DNA from: a virus
Taxonomy: Duplodnaviria > Heunggongvirae > Uroviricota > Caudoviricetes
Reading direction: 5' to 3' (one strand)
Virus record (IMG/VR): IMGVR_UViG_2541047790_000014
Location: 1 to 29,346 of that record
Length of the DNA stretch: 29,346 nucleotides
Shown: one piece after another, positions 20,618 through 29,205 of the stretch
How the letters are laid out: every line of letters begins with the position of its first letter
How positions within the stretch are numbered: the first letter of the stretch is position 1
The notes under the pieces: generated by a model
Database searches by the model: none
The model's input: the letters and a program-made list of their open reading frames with translations, nothing else
What the model was told of the DNA's origin: nothing
Translations under genes and position numbers: made by a program

Positions 20618-21103
20618 TTATTTCAGTTCGTTACCAGGCATTTCTTTTAGCTCTTTCAAATGACAACGATTGAGGCTAAACCACTCCCCGTGCGACCTAT
20701 AGTTGTAATATTTTTGGTGCAATTTGGTTTCAAGCTCTCTATCGGACGGAATCTTTGCAATTAGATTTAGCTTCCCACCACTCATGCGAGATATCTCTGA
20801 AATTCGTTTATTAACCCTGCGACTAAACCCTATTTTTGTTAGCCCACTATCTTCAGCATGCAGAACGTACACATATGATTTTTGCGAAGCACTGGGTGCG
20901 ACTTTGTTGTAATTAATCATGTCAAACATGAAGCCTTGCTTTAGCAAAGTTTCAAAAAAGATAGAATTAACACACCCATTCCTTCTCAGCTCTGCACTTA
21001 GCTTGTCAATTTCCTCTATGATGTCGCCAGACCCCTTTCCACTTATAAGAAAATCTTGGTACATGCGACCAATTCTTGAGGTAATTTCAACAAAGTTATT
21101 CAT
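20618..21103 (-). CDS. T5orf172 (GIY-YIG-like) domain protein, accessory gene
   Basis: 161-aa protein whose C-terminal half (YVYVLHAEDSGLTKIGFSRRVNKRISEIS...LETKLHQKYYNYRSHGEWFSL) matches the T5orf172/MUG113 pattern (YVYVL, KIG, R, E..LH, GEWF). AT-rich, weak RBS, set between a terminator and the terminase operon. Confidence 0.65.
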   Translation of the reverse strand: MNNFVEITSRIGRMYQDFLISGKGSGDIIEEIDKLSAELRRNGCVNSIFFETLLKQGFMFDMINYNKVAPSASQKSYVYVLHAEDSGLTKIGFSRRVNKRISEISRMSGGKLNLIAKIPSDRELETKLHQKYYNYRSHGEWFSLNRCHLKELKEMPGNELK

Positions 21104-21248
21104 AGCGTTTACCTTTTAGAAAGATGAGCCTGTTCGCACAGAAAAGCCGTCCCCGAGATGGTCGCCACCATATACGGCAATTCTCAGGCTCAGCTTTCTG
21201 AAAGACTCGGGATTGTTACGCGCTGCGATGCGCGGTTTACTGCAGATG

Positions 21249-21278
21249 TAAAAAAGCCCCGCAAATGCGAGGCTAAAT
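21249..21278 (-). terminator. Putative rho-independent terminator downstream of the lysis cassette
   Basis: Minus-strand imperfect hairpin CCTCGCA-TT-TGCGGGG followed by CTTTTTTAC, about 170 nt after the Rz stop. Confidence 0.4.
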
Positions 21279-21447
21279 CCTGGTATTTGTAATGACTGGC
21301 TCTTATCTCAACGCAGCCCCTTACTGCGCGCCAGATGCTCAATATCAAGCATCAGCAATGAGATGTTTAATCTGGATTCACTCCAGAAGTGATCATCACC
21401 CTGTCTACAGAGCCAGATGTGAAGGATGATGAGTAAAATTATCGCTA

Positions 21448-21885
21448 TCATCGAAGGCATTGCGTCCTGATGTACTCCTGCAGGTAGTTAACCTGCGCGG
21501 TTATCCTGTCGATTCCACTTCGGAGACGGTAATAATTGAGTTCAGCATCTGCTGTAAGTCTTGGGCTTTCTCCATCGCCCATGCTGCTGGATCCGGTCGT
21601 TGACTTTGTACAGGTGGCGGCGACTTGCAGGCGCTTACGCCCAGCAGAAACATCAGCACGGAGACTTTCGATAGTCGCGTTAGCATCAGCAAGTTCCTTT
21701 GTATATCTTGCGTCGAGTTCTGCTACATCACGTTGACGCTTCTGCATGTCAGCGATGATGGATGTGGCTTTGTCGCGCTGGGCTTTGTAGGCGATGGCGT
21801 TATCCCGGTAATGATTAACAGCCCATGACAGGCAGACGATGATGCAGATAACCAGAGCGGAGATAATCGCGGTGACTCTGCTCAT
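21448..21885 (-). CDS. Rz: Spanin, inner-membrane subunit (Rz-like)
   Basis: [39 protein letters not shown] matches my recollection of lambda Rz; N-terminal membrane anchor and coiled-coil; ATGA overlap with R. Confidence 0.85.
   Translation of the reverse strand: MSRVTAIISALVICIIVCLSWAVNHYRDNAIAYKAQRDKATSIIADMQKRQRDVAELDARYTKELADANATIESLRADVSAGRKRLQVAATCTKSTTGSSSMGDGESPRLTADAELNYYRLRSGIDRITAQVNYLQEYIRTQCLR
21501..21692 (-). CDS. Rz1: Spanin, outer-membrane lipoprotein subunit (Rz1-like), embedded in the +1 frame of Rz
   Basis: Embedded ORF with lipobox-like LLGVSAC and a Pro-rich mature region ([16 protein letters not shown]). The exact start Met is uncertain. Confidence 0.6.
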   Translation of the reverse strand: MLMLTRLSKVSVLMFLLGVSACKSPPPVQSQRPDPAAWAMEKAQDLQQMLNSIITVSEVESTG

Positions 21886-22358
21886 ACCTCAATCTCTCTG
21901 ACCGTTCCGCCTGCTTCTTTGAATTTTGCAATCAGGCTGTCAGCCTTATGCTCGAACTGACCATAACCAGCGCCCGGCAGTGAAGCCCAGATATTGCTGC
22001 AACGGTCAATTGCCTGACGAATATCACCACGATCAATCATCGGCAAAGCGCCACGCTCTTTAATCTGCTGCAATGCCACTGCGTCCTGGCTTTTGGGAGA
22101 GAAGTCTTTCAGGCCAAGTTGCTTGCGGTAGGCATCCCACCAACGTGAAAGAAGCTGGTAACGTCCGGCTGCTGTTGATTTGAGTTTGGGGTTTAGCGTG
22201 ACAAGTTTGCGAGGGTGATCGGAGTAATCAGTGAATAGCTCTCCGCCAACAATGACGTCATAACCATGATTTCTGGTTTTCTGCCGTCCGTTATCAGTTC
22301 CCTCTGACCACGCCAGCATATCGAGGAACGCCTTACGTTGATTATTGATTTCCACCAT
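21882..22358 (-). CDS. R: Endolysin, lambda R-type lytic transglycosylase
   Basis: 158-aa protein [39 protein letters not shown]... essentially identical to my recollection of lambda R. Confidence 0.9.
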   Translation of the reverse strand: MVEINNQRKAFLDMLAWSEGTDNGRQKTRNHGYDVIVGGELFTDYSDHPRKLVTLNPKLKSTAAGRYQLLSRWWDAYRKQLGLKDFSPKSQDAVALQQIKERGALPMIDRGDIRQAIDRCSNIWASLPGAGYGQFEHKADSLIAKFKEAGGTVREIEV

Positions 22359-22665
22359 CTTCTACTCCGGCTTTTTTAGCAGCGAAGCGTTTGATAAGCG
22401 AACCAATCGAGTCAGTACCGATGTAGCCGATGAACACGCTCGTTATATAAGCGAGATTGCTACTTAGTCCGGCGAAGTCGAGAAGGTCACGAATGAACCA
22501 GGCGATAATGGCGCACATCGTTGCGTCGATTACTGTTTTTGTAAACGCACCGCCATTATATCTGCCGCGAAGGTACGCCATTGCAAACGCAAGGATTGCC
22601 CCGATGCCTTGTTCCTTTGCCGCGAGAATGGCGGCTAACAGGTCATGTTTTTCTGGCATCTTCAT
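22342..22665 (-). CDS. S: Holin, lambda S-type (class I) with dual-start motif
   Basis: 107-aa protein [39 protein letters not shown]... essentially identical to lambda S, with the Met1-Lys2-Met3 dual start. Confidence 0.9.
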   Translation of the reverse strand: MKMPEKHDLLAAILAAKEQGIGAILAFAMAYLRGRYNGGAFTKTVIDATMCAIIAWFIRDLLDFAGLSSNLAYITSVFIGYIGTDSIGSLIKRFAAKKAGVEDGGNQ

Positions 22666-23110
22666 GTCTTACCCCCAATAAGGGGATTTGCTCTATTTAA
22701 TTAGGAATAAGGTCGATTACTGATAGAACAAATCCAGGCTACTGTGTTTAGTAATCAGATTTGTTCGTGACCGATATGCACGGGCAAAACGGCAGGAGGT
22801 TGTTAGCGCAACCTCATGCCACCCGCTTTCACGAAGGTCATGTGTAGAAGGCCGCAGCATAACTATCACTGATGAATTCAGGACAGCCAGTGGCTACGGC
22901 TCAGTTTGGGTTGTGGCGGCCGGAATCGAACCGGCTTCCATCGGTGCGCTGCCGATTGCAGTACGCGCGGCGGTCAGCTACATGACTAGTATTTTCACTA
23001 TCGCCTATCTGCTAGCTCGCCATTGAGCTTCACCACAACGATAAGAGCACTGCGCGGCACCTTTCGCCAATTCCGCGAGGTCTGCGGGTTCAATGCTCTT
23101 ACCTGTTGTG
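22666..23110 (-). promoter_or_regulatory. Late-operon leader between the tR'-like terminator and S, lambda-like
   Basis: Non-coding; the half nearest S reads like the lambda sequence upstream of S as I recall it, while the Q-proximal half is diverged. Confidence 0.5.
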
Positions 23111-23156
23111 CAAATAAAAAAGCCACCGTTGCAACTTAAGAGTCACTAACGGCAGC
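23111..23156 (-). terminator. tR'-like terminator about 20 nt downstream of the Q gene
   Basis: Minus-strand GCTGCCGTT ... AACGGTGGC stem (with two G-U pairs) followed by CTTTTTTATTTGCACAACAGGTAAGAGCATTG, resembling the lambda tR' U-run context. Confidence 0.45.
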
Positions 23157-23173
23157 TTACCTTCTAATTATGG

Positions 23174-23692
23174 CTAAATGGCTAATTGCATGTCAAGGCT
23201 TTTAACAGCAACATGCTTAACTTTCTCAACACGTTTACGCATTTTGAAAGCATTTTGCATCGGCTGGTATAAAACAAATAATGACGCTTTCAGGATGTCG
23301 TCAATTTCGTTTCTACAGGTTGCCAGTGAAGGTTTTCTCCATCCCTCGCCACCACGTCCACACATCTTGCGTGGCTTTGCAGTCGCGTGATAGTAGGATG
23401 CAATTGCTCGCTTAGATGAACCATGAGCGTAGTAGCTGAGGAGGATGCCAAAGGCTTTTTTGTCAATGTACATGACGGAATCGACGACCTGAGAAATCAA
23501 CATTCCATCATCATCATTGCACATCGGCCTTGTCATAACTCTTCCCGGCTCTACGCTCTCCATGAACTTCGCTATTACGCTGCTCATGCGCTTTTCCAGG
23601 CGACCTGAATAAACCCATGCGCCCCACAGTTCAAGCCAGCCATTCAGCCACTCGTGCTGCTCTTTGGTGAGGTTTAGTTCTCTTATGCTCAT
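23174..23692 (-). CDS. Late-gene antiterminator Q (QuuD / phage 82-like family, not lambda Q type)
   Basis: 172-aa protein with WGAW...RPMCNDDDGMLISQVVD...YY pattern as in DLP12 QuuD; positioned between the nin genes and the lysis cassette. Confidence 0.7.
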   Translation of the reverse strand: MSIRELNLTKEQHEWLNGWLELWGAWVYSGRLEKRMSSVIAKFMESVEPGRVMTRPMCNDDDGMLISQVVDSVMYIDKKAFGILLSYYAHGSSKRAIASYYHATAKPRKMCGRGGEGWRKPSLATCRNEIDDILKASLFVLYQPMQNAFKMRKRVEKVKHVAVKSLDMQLAI

Positions 23693-23877
23693 CGTCTACC
23701 CCTCTTGCCCTGTTTGACCATCAGGACGCCGTTAACTATTACGTGACGCTCGCCTTTGCTGTCTCGGTTGTACTTGAGCACTGTTCCTCTTGCGCAGGAA
23801 AGCATCCTCGCCACTTCGGTCTGATTGCCTCGTGTCTGGATAAGAAGCTCTGGTATCGTTTGAATTGTGGCGTTCAT
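23689..23877 (-). CDS. ninH: NinH-like small DNA-binding protein
   Basis: 62-aa protein with TIPELLIQTRGNQTEVARMLSCARGTVLKY resembling lambda NinH; ATGA overlaps with both neighbours. Confidence 0.7.
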   Translation of the reverse strand: MNATIQTIPELLIQTRGNQTEVARMLSCARGTVLKYNRDSKGERHVIVNGVLMVKQGKRGRR

Positions 23878-24236
23878 ACGTTCTCCAGTTCGGTGATTTT
23901 TATTCCAAGCCTTCCGCCTGGTACTTTCACGCCACGAATTACGCGAATGTCATCGAATTGCTCGTCGTCTTCCGCAAATCCGGCGTGGATAAGGGAGTCG
24001 AGTAAACCTTTCAGGATGTTATCGAGGTCGCGGCGGCGGGAGTCTGGAACGTCTGCGATGACTTTGATGCGGAGTCGTGATTTGGTGAAAATGTCTAACT
24101 TAAGTTGGCGGATGATTTGCTGAACGTCTTTTCGGTATTTCTGGCCTTTATCGCTGATGTAGTATTGGCTTCCCCGTCTTCGCCAGTAGGTATTCACCGA
24201 CGGCGGGTATGGAAGCACAAACTGATATTCGTTCAT
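23874..24236 (-). CDS. rusA: Holliday junction resolvase RusA
   Basis: 120-aa protein with LPYPPSVNTYW...DVPDSRRRDLDNILKGLLDSL...GGRL matching RusA. Confidence 0.85.
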   Translation of the reverse strand: MNEYQFVLPYPPSVNTYWRRRGSQYYISDKGQKYRKDVQQIIRQLKLDIFTKSRLRIKVIADVPDSRRRDLDNILKGLLDSLIHAGFAEDDEQFDDIRVIRGVKVPGGRLGIKITELENV

Positions 24237-24523
24237 GGCTTAATCTTTCCCTCCTTCAGCAGTATCGCCTGCGTCCTGATCACGCCTTCGAGGTGGTAAA
24301 GTCTGGCGTCTTTGTTGTCGAGATTATGGGTGCGTCGGTCGATTTCATCGTGACACGCGCTACAAGCCCATGCGCCGATCAGGTCGTCAGGCTTCATTCC
24401 AGTTCCGCAAATTCCAGCCATCCGGTAATGTGCCAGAACTGTAGTTTCAGGATTACCATTGCATACGCCGTAAATACGTACCTGGCATTCTCTGCCGCGC
24501 GCTTCTTTGCGTAGGTTAGCCAT
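24233..24523 (-). CDS. DUF1364 (YbcO-like) Cys-rich putative nuclease
   Basis: 96-aa protein MANLRKEARGRECQVRI.GVCNGNPETTVLAHYR...CSACHDEIDRR resembling DLP12 YbcO. Confidence 0.7.
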   Translation of the reverse strand: MANLRKEARGRECQVRIYGVCNGNPETTVLAHYRMAGICGTGMKPDDLIGAWACSACHDEIDRRTHNLDNKDARLYHLEGVIRTQAILLKEGKIKP

Positions 24524-24728
24524 TTACCTTCCCTCGCAATTGAAGAATTGACTGAAGGTCTTTTTTAATAAATATGCGAGTGCGAATTGAGCAGTAGTTT
24601 TCCTTCATTCTGGCGTAGTAATAGTCTTTTCTTTGCTTAAGCTTGTTGGCATCCGCTGTCATCCAGTCTTTTACAGCAAACTTAATTAACCAGCGGTGGC
24701 AGAGATACCATTTCAGGTAATCATTCAT
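24516..24728 (-). CDS. Hypothetical nin-region protein
   Basis: 70-aa ORF overlapping both neighbours in typical nin-region fashion. Confidence 0.45.
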   Translation of the reverse strand: MNDYLKWYLCHRWLIKFAVKDWMTADANKLKQRKDYYYARMKENYCSIRTRIFIKKDLQSILQLRGKVNG

Positions 24729-24897
24729 CGTCTTCTTCCTCGTACATTGAGCTATTCGGATCGCTCATCAGTTCTGCGCAGCAGTGCTCACACACGTGAA
24801 CTTCCAGCACATGCAGCTTCTGACCGCAGTTAGCGCACGTTAAAGCTCGCTCGACACTTTCTTTCTGGTATTGAAGGGATTGGGATGGGCTAAGCAT
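24721..24897 (-). CDS. Small zinc-ribbon protein (CxxC-N12-CxxC), NinD/NinF-like; absent from the ORF track
   Basis: 58-aa ORF found by hand: [58 protein letters not shown]. Start overlaps the upstream gene's last codon and the stop overlaps the downstream start. Confidence 0.55.
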   Translation of the reverse strand: MLSPSQSLQYQKESVERALTCANCGQKLHVLEVHVCEHCCAELMSDPNSSMYEEEDDE

Positions 24898-25264
24898 TAT
24901 TGGCGTCCTGCATCATGAGAAAGACAATCATGGCAGCGCGGAGTGGGTTGTCATCAAGAGTAATATGCTCACCAAAGCTATCAGCCTCCCACCATGACAC
25001 TGCTTTCATGCCAGGGTTTGCTCGCTTGTATGCACATACGCTGATCATGTTTTCCATGATAATCGGCCATGCGTCTGCCGGGTTGTTGCAGTAGTCAGCT
25101 GCCGCTATGCAGATATATTCAGAATTAACTTCTGCAACAATCGTTACTCCTTCCTTGCTAGGGAGATTTCTGGCAACAAATAGACCATTCCTGTCTTTAT
25201 AAATAACCTCTGCTACTCGCTTGTTAATTTCAAAATCACTTAACTTTGAATAATCCATTGTCAT
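24890..25264 (-). CDS. Hypothetical nin-region protein (NinX-like)
   Basis: 124 aa starting [20 protein letters not shown], with ATGA overlap to the NinE stop. The track ORF start (25300) is upstream of that overlap. Confidence 0.5.
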   Translation of the reverse strand: MTMDYSKLSDFEINKRVAEVIYKDRNGLFVARNLPSKEGVTIVAEVNSEYICIAAADYCNNPADAWPIIMENMISVCAYKRANPGMKAVSWWEADSFGEHITLDDNPLRAAMIVFLMMQDANNA

Positions 25265-25437
25265 TTCCTCGCACGATGTCTTAGCCACCGGATATCCCAC
25301 AGGTGAGCCGTATAATTGAAGGTTTTTACGTCAGATTCTTTTGGGATTGGCTTGCGTTTATTTCTGGAGCGTTTCGTTGGAAGGTATTTGCAGTTTTCGC
25401 AGATTATGTCGGTGAAACTTCGTCGCTGTCGTCTCAT
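25261..25437 (-). CDS. ninE: NinE-like protein
   Basis: 58 aa [58 protein letters not shown], matching my recollection of lambda NinE; ATGA overlap with the NinB stop. Confidence 0.65.
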   Translation of the reverse strand: MRRQRRSFTDIICENCKYLPTKRSRNKRKPIPKESDVKTFNYTAHLWDIRWLRHRARK

Positions 25438-25844
25438 TCGTACCTCCTGTCGGTAAATCTGACACCCTGACCAATAGCCCATGCTGTCGTGTACTCAATC
25501 AGACTTGCCATACGCTTCACGCTCATCTGCGCGCTGCTTTCGCGAATGTTGACGTATTCGCCTTCAAGGCCGGGCAAAACATCAGCTTCCTGTTTTGTTG
25601 CCACTGCATGACCGCTGATCAACAAAACCTTCCATTGTTCTGGTTTTAACCATTTATCGCGCCACTGAACTTGCCTAGCGATATCTGCGACCATCGCGTG
25701 AAATTTTGCGTTCTGGTCAAGGTTGCGCTTGTAGTCAGTAATGCGGATGGTGACTGGCTTGTCTTTATCGAGAGGAGTTGAGAGGATGGCATTTATTGCG
25801 GCTTGCTGTTGTTGCTTACTTCGGAGGAAGATTGTTTGCTTCAT
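25434..25844 (-). CDS. ninB: NinB (Orf-family recombination mediator)
   Basis: Start at MKQTIFLRS; contains [22 protein letters not shown]...WK resembling lambda NinB. Confidence 0.75.
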   Translation of the reverse strand: MKQTIFLRSKQQQQAAINAILSTPLDKDKPVTIRITDYKRNLDQNAKFHAMVADIARQVQWRDKWLKPEQWKVLLISGHAVATKQEADVLPGLEGEYVNIRESSAQMSVKRMASLIEYTTAWAIGQGVRFTDRRYE

Positions 25845-25846
25845 CG

Positions 25847-26113
25847 TTACTCCTTCACTTTGACTCCAGCAGCGCGAATCCGTCCTTCGCATTCACTAAT
25901 TGCGTCGTTATAACCAAATGTGACCCCATCCTCGAAATCGGTAGAAAATGCCTCACGCTCTCTTTTTCCAGGACACTCAATCTCGATAGCTGCTCGCGAT
26001 GCCTGCCACGCTTGCCAATACATCTCAACCATATTGGCGTATATTTTATTTTTAGGATCACATCCGGTGTAATTTTCAAACCATTCTTCAAACTGCTTTC
26101 TTGATTCGTCCAT
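25847..26113 (-). CDS. Hypothetical phage protein
   Basis: 88-aa ORF in the operon, 2 nt upstream of ninB. No family recognised. Confidence 0.45.
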   Translation of the reverse strand: MDESRKQFEEWFENYTGCDPKNKIYANMVEMYWQAWQASRAAIEIECPGKREREAFSTDFEDGVTFGYNDAISECEGRIRAAGVKVKE

Positions 26114-26124
26114 ATCAATCCCCG

Positions 26125-26325
26125 TTATGACAGGTTAATTTTCACCCAACCCTTCCCACGCACATTTGCAACAAGCCCTTTCTTTCTCAGGTATTGCATA
26201 CGGCGATCGATGGTTTCGATATACATTCCATTGCTCCGCCATTTAAGCCAGATATCAAAAACAGGTGTTGGTCTTTCACTCAGCATTGAAAGAATGTTTT
26301 GATCTAATTTTTCGTACTTGCTCAC
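26125..26325 (-). CDS. Hypothetical small basic protein
   Basis: 66-aa ORF with ATGA overlap to the upstream gene. Confidence 0.45.
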   Translation of the reverse strand: MSKYEKLDQNILSMLSERPTPVFDIWLKWRSNGMYIETIDRRMQYLRKKGLVANVRGKGWVKINLS

Positions 26326-26648
26326 AAATACCCTCTCTCACTTAATCGCGCCCACGCTTCGTTAAACTCTTCTCGGGTTGCGCCGGATTTTCTTTCTTCA
26401 AACATCATGCATTCGCTGATGTCTCCCCATGACTTTGGTCGCTTTTCAGCGAACAGATCATCCCATTCGAATACCCAGCGGCCTGATTTCCGGTAGTGGT
26501 AAATGGTCAGCCATGTTGTGCTGTTCGCTGGATACCCATAGAGAACTTCGACTTTTTGATCACGGTCTTTATGCTTCTTCAGCAGGATAAAGCCAGCAAC
26601 CAGCGAAGCTCCGGCAAGAATGATGATTGGAATTTGCCAGTCAGCCAC
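26322..26648 (-). CDS. Hypothetical membrane-anchored protein
   Basis: 108-aa ORF with N-terminal hydrophobic helix IPIIILAGASLVAGFILL; first gene after the terminator following the helicase gene. Confidence 0.45.
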   Translation of the reverse strand: MADWQIPIIILAGASLVAGFILLKKHKDRDQKVEVLYGYPANSTTWLTIYHYRKSGRWVFEWDDLFAEKRPKSWGDISECMMFEERKSGATREEFNEAWARLSERGYL

Positions 26649-26661
26649 ACTTCCCTCTCCC

Positions 26662-26694
26662 CCAAATAAAAAGGCCTGCGATTACCAGCAGGCC
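26662..26694 (-). terminator. Rho-independent terminator downstream of the helicase gene (tR2-like position)
   Basis: Perfect 8-bp stem AGGCCTGC / GCAGGCCT with 8-nt loop, followed on the minus strand by TTTTTATTT. Confidence 0.6.
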
Positions 26695-26720
26695 TGTTAC
26701 AAGCTCAGTGATGTAGATGG

Positions 26721-28097
26721 TCATACGTCAGCCCCTTGTGCATATCGTCTGCCACGTGCAGCGGGTGCATTTGATGTTGTGCAAATCTGTCTGGCTTCAT
26801 CCTGGTCACATGCAACAAAGTGTCCGTTGCAGAACCGCTGGTAAACCGTACCAAGCGAGCCAAAGCGGTTTTTCGTCACGATGATTTCAGCAAATGGCGC
26901 GGCGCTACTGTTCTCGTCATATACCGCTTCCCGATAGAGCATGATGATTGAGTCTGCGTCCTGCTCAATGCTTCCTGAATCACGCAAATCTGCGTTTGTC
27001 GGGCGTTTGTTTGGTCGCTTCTCAACATCGCGCGAAAGCTGACTCAGGGAGATAACAGGCGTTTTCAGGTCTTTCGCCATCGCCTTCAGGCTTCCGGAGA
27101 TGTGAGCAATTGCGAGGTCGTTCCGGTCTGCTTTCGGCTTCTCAATCAGGCCAAGATAATCCGCCATGATGAGTGACAGATTTGGATTTTCCTGTTTATG
27201 CCGTTCTGCGATTGAGCGTATTTCTTCGACCGATAACCGCGAGGCATCGACTACCCATACATCCAAATCTGCAAGCTGACTCATGCCGTTAGCAACACGC
27301 GCCCAGCCTTCGTCATCCATCGATGCAGGATTTCGCAGTACGCTAACCGACATCCTCCCGGCGTTGGCAATGCTTCGCTCTGCAATCTGCAATGCGCTCA
27401 TTTCCATTGAGAAAATCAATACCCCGCGCCGGACGTCAGAACCAGGAATAACGCGGCTTGCAACGCCTTCGGCAATCTTCAGCGCCAGTTCGGTTTTCCC
27501 CATACCAGGACGAGCAGCGATTATCACCAGGTCTTCTGCGTTCATCCCTCCGGTGATAGCGTCAAGTTCTTCGATTCCGGTCTTCAGGGTATCTGACTCT
27601 TCTCCGTTCCTCAGACGCCTGTCAAGCGTGTCAGTGTAGTCAGTGATGATTTCCCCTAACCGTACAGGTTTAACCTCGTCACGGGGCTTTCTGATGGCTG
27701 AAAGACGCTTTACAAGCTCGTCCATCGCCTGACTCGATGTATCGATGGTTCCGCTCTGAATTGGTTCACGCATTTCATCCATGATTTCCAGCACCAGACG
27801 GCGGTGATAGTTATCCGCGACCATTCCGGCATATCCCTTCAGGTTTGCGGCGCTCGGGCAGTTTTTGCTGGTCATCAGGATTGACGTGAAATGCTCCTCT
27901 CCGCACGCCTCGGCAACCATCAGCGCGTCGATTAGGTTTCTGTTTCTCGCCTGCTTGCGGATAACCTCGAAGGCTTTCCGGTAGAGCGGAATTGAAAACG
28001 CTTCCGGCTCAAGCGTTGCCAGAACGTCACTGGCAGTTGGTGTTAATCCACCAATCAGCAGGCCACCGATAACGCTCGCTTCGATATCCTGTCTCAT
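26721..28097 (-). CDS. Replicative DNA helicase, DnaB family (P22 gene 12-like)
   Basis: 458 aa with Walker [16 protein letters not shown] and a DnaB-like N-terminal domain; ATGA overlap with the O-like gene. Confidence 0.9.
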   Translation of the reverse strand: MRQDIEASVIGGLLIGGLTPTASDVLATLEPEAFSIPLYRKAFEVIRKQARNRNLIDALMVAEACGEEHFTSILMTSKNCPSAANLKGYAGMVADNYHRRLVLEIMDEMREPIQSGTIDTSSQAMDELVKRLSAIRKPRDEVKPVRLGEIITDYTDTLDRRLRNGEESDTLKTGIEELDAITGGMNAEDLVIIAARPGMGKTELALKIAEGVASRVIPGSDVRRGVLIFSMEMSALQIAERSIANAGRMSVSVLRNPASMDDEGWARVANGMSQLADLDVWVVDASRLSVEEIRSIAERHKQENPNLSLIMADYLGLIEKPKADRNDLAIAHISGSLKAMAKDLKTPVISLSQLSRDVEKRPNKRPTNADLRDSGSIEQDADSIIMLYREAVYDENSSAAPFAEIIVTKNRFGSLGTVYQRFCNGHFVACDQDEARQICTTSNAPAARGRRYAQGADV

Positions 28098-29041
28098 GCA
28101 ATCCCCCTGTCTGCAAACTTCCCTTCCCGTACTCCCGTTAACGAATCTTCCCTCAACAGGTAATCAAAATCAGCCGTCCAGCCCGTGTCGTTGTCTCCGA
28201 AGTAAAACGGCTTGGCCTGATGCACAAACGCCCTGACATACGCTCTGAAACCGTCCACGTTTGGCGTTTTCAGTTGCGGGATGATTTTCTTCAGGCGGCG
28301 TTTGCGTTTCTCGTTGACCGCAACAGCGTGTGGCAGTCTGTCACCGACTTCGGTGTTGTAGGCGTTCAGGAAGGATTCGTAGTCGATTCGTTCTGCCTTG
28401 CGACGTTCAGGTTTAACCTGCCCATCACCTCCCCCATTGGGGGGTAGGGGGGTATTATTTATATTCTTGTTAATACCTTCTTGTTCATGATGTGCGGTTG
28501 TTTGTGCGGCTTCATGTGCGCTTTCATGTGCGGCATGTACGCTGAAAGCCGCGCCATTACTGGCTTCATCATGTGCGGCGTCATGTGCGGTTGTTTGTGC
28601 GGCTTCATGTGCGGGTGAATTGTCCATTTTTTGAGCATATTCATGGTAATTTGTGATGGTGATCACACGACCTTTTTGCTTCTCTCCATCAATGGAGATC
28701 ATCCCCTCTTTCACAAAAACCTGAAGCATCCGCTCAACCTGATCACGGCTTGCTGGCTTGCCATGCCTGTCGCATAACTGAAGACCTAAATCAGCTGCTG
28801 TCACAACCAGTTGACCGGGTTGCAGATGCCATTCATGACCTTTGAAATTCGCTTTGTATGGCTTTCTGGCGGCATTCAGGAGAAGGTTTTCCCACAGGGT
28901 GCGAAGATAAACATCTTTCGACCATGACTGTTTCAGAATGCTCCGGTACAACGGAATGTAACCAGTTTTCTGGTTCTCCATCCTGTTGCTCCTGCGCTCG
29001 TGTGCGGCGCTGAAATCGTAGATTTTTGCTGTATTGCTCAT
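28094..29041 (-). CDS. Replication initiator, lambda O-like N-terminus, with internal His/Ala-rich repeat linker
   Basis: N-terminus [10 protein letters not shown] resembles lambda O (MTNTAKILNF, from memory). The central linker [16 protein letters not shown]...[14 protein letters not shown] is encoded by DNA repeats. Confidence 0.75.
   Translation of the reverse strand: MSNTAKIYDFSAAHERRSNRMENQKTGYIPLYRSILKQSWSKDVYLRTLWENLLLNAARKPYKANFKGHEWHLQPGQLVVTAADLGLQLCDRHGKPASRDQVERMLQVFVKEGMISIDGEKQKGRVITITNYHEYAQKMDNSPAHEAAQTTAHDAAHDEASNGAAFSVHAAHESAHEAAQTTAHHEQEGINKNINNTPLPPNGGGDGQVKPERRKAERIDYESFLNAYNTEVGDRLPHAVAVNEKRKRRLKKIIPQLKTPNVDGFRAYVRAFVHQAKPFYFGDNDTGWTADFDYLLREDSLTGVREGKFADRGIA
28445..28620. 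repeat. Iteron-like direct repeats plus adjacent AT-rich segment inside the initiator gene: candidate replication origin
   Basis: About eight copies of (T)CATGTGCGG / TTGTGCGG, including a 30-bp unit TGTGCGGTTGTTTGTGCGGCTTCATGTGCG present twice. Flanked by ATTATTTATATTCTTGTTAATA at 28454-28476. Confidence 0.45.
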
Positions 29042-29205
29042 AACTACCTGCCTTGACGAAAGACCTTAAGAACATCGTTAAACTGACTTACGGATATGTC
29101 TTCTTTGAGCAGCTTTTCCAGTAACCGTCTCATTTAAACCGTCTTTCGCCTCCCTTTCCTGTTTCCGATACTAATGTCCATTTTCGCAGTAAAGGGACAT
29201 TTAAG

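Noticed and set aside
21104-21447. Possible bor-like lipoprotein gene on the plus strand downstream of Rz, as in lambda
   Set aside because: No ORF of suitable length or lipoprotein signal on either strand; only 25-30 codon ORFs are present.
22915-22940. tRNA-like T-arm (GCCGGTTCGATTCCGGC on the minus strand) in the late leader between Q and S
   Set aside because: No complementary 5' acceptor strand, D-arm or anticodon arm about 70 nt upstream, so no cloverleaf can be built. The segment appears to be ordinary lambda-like leader sequence.
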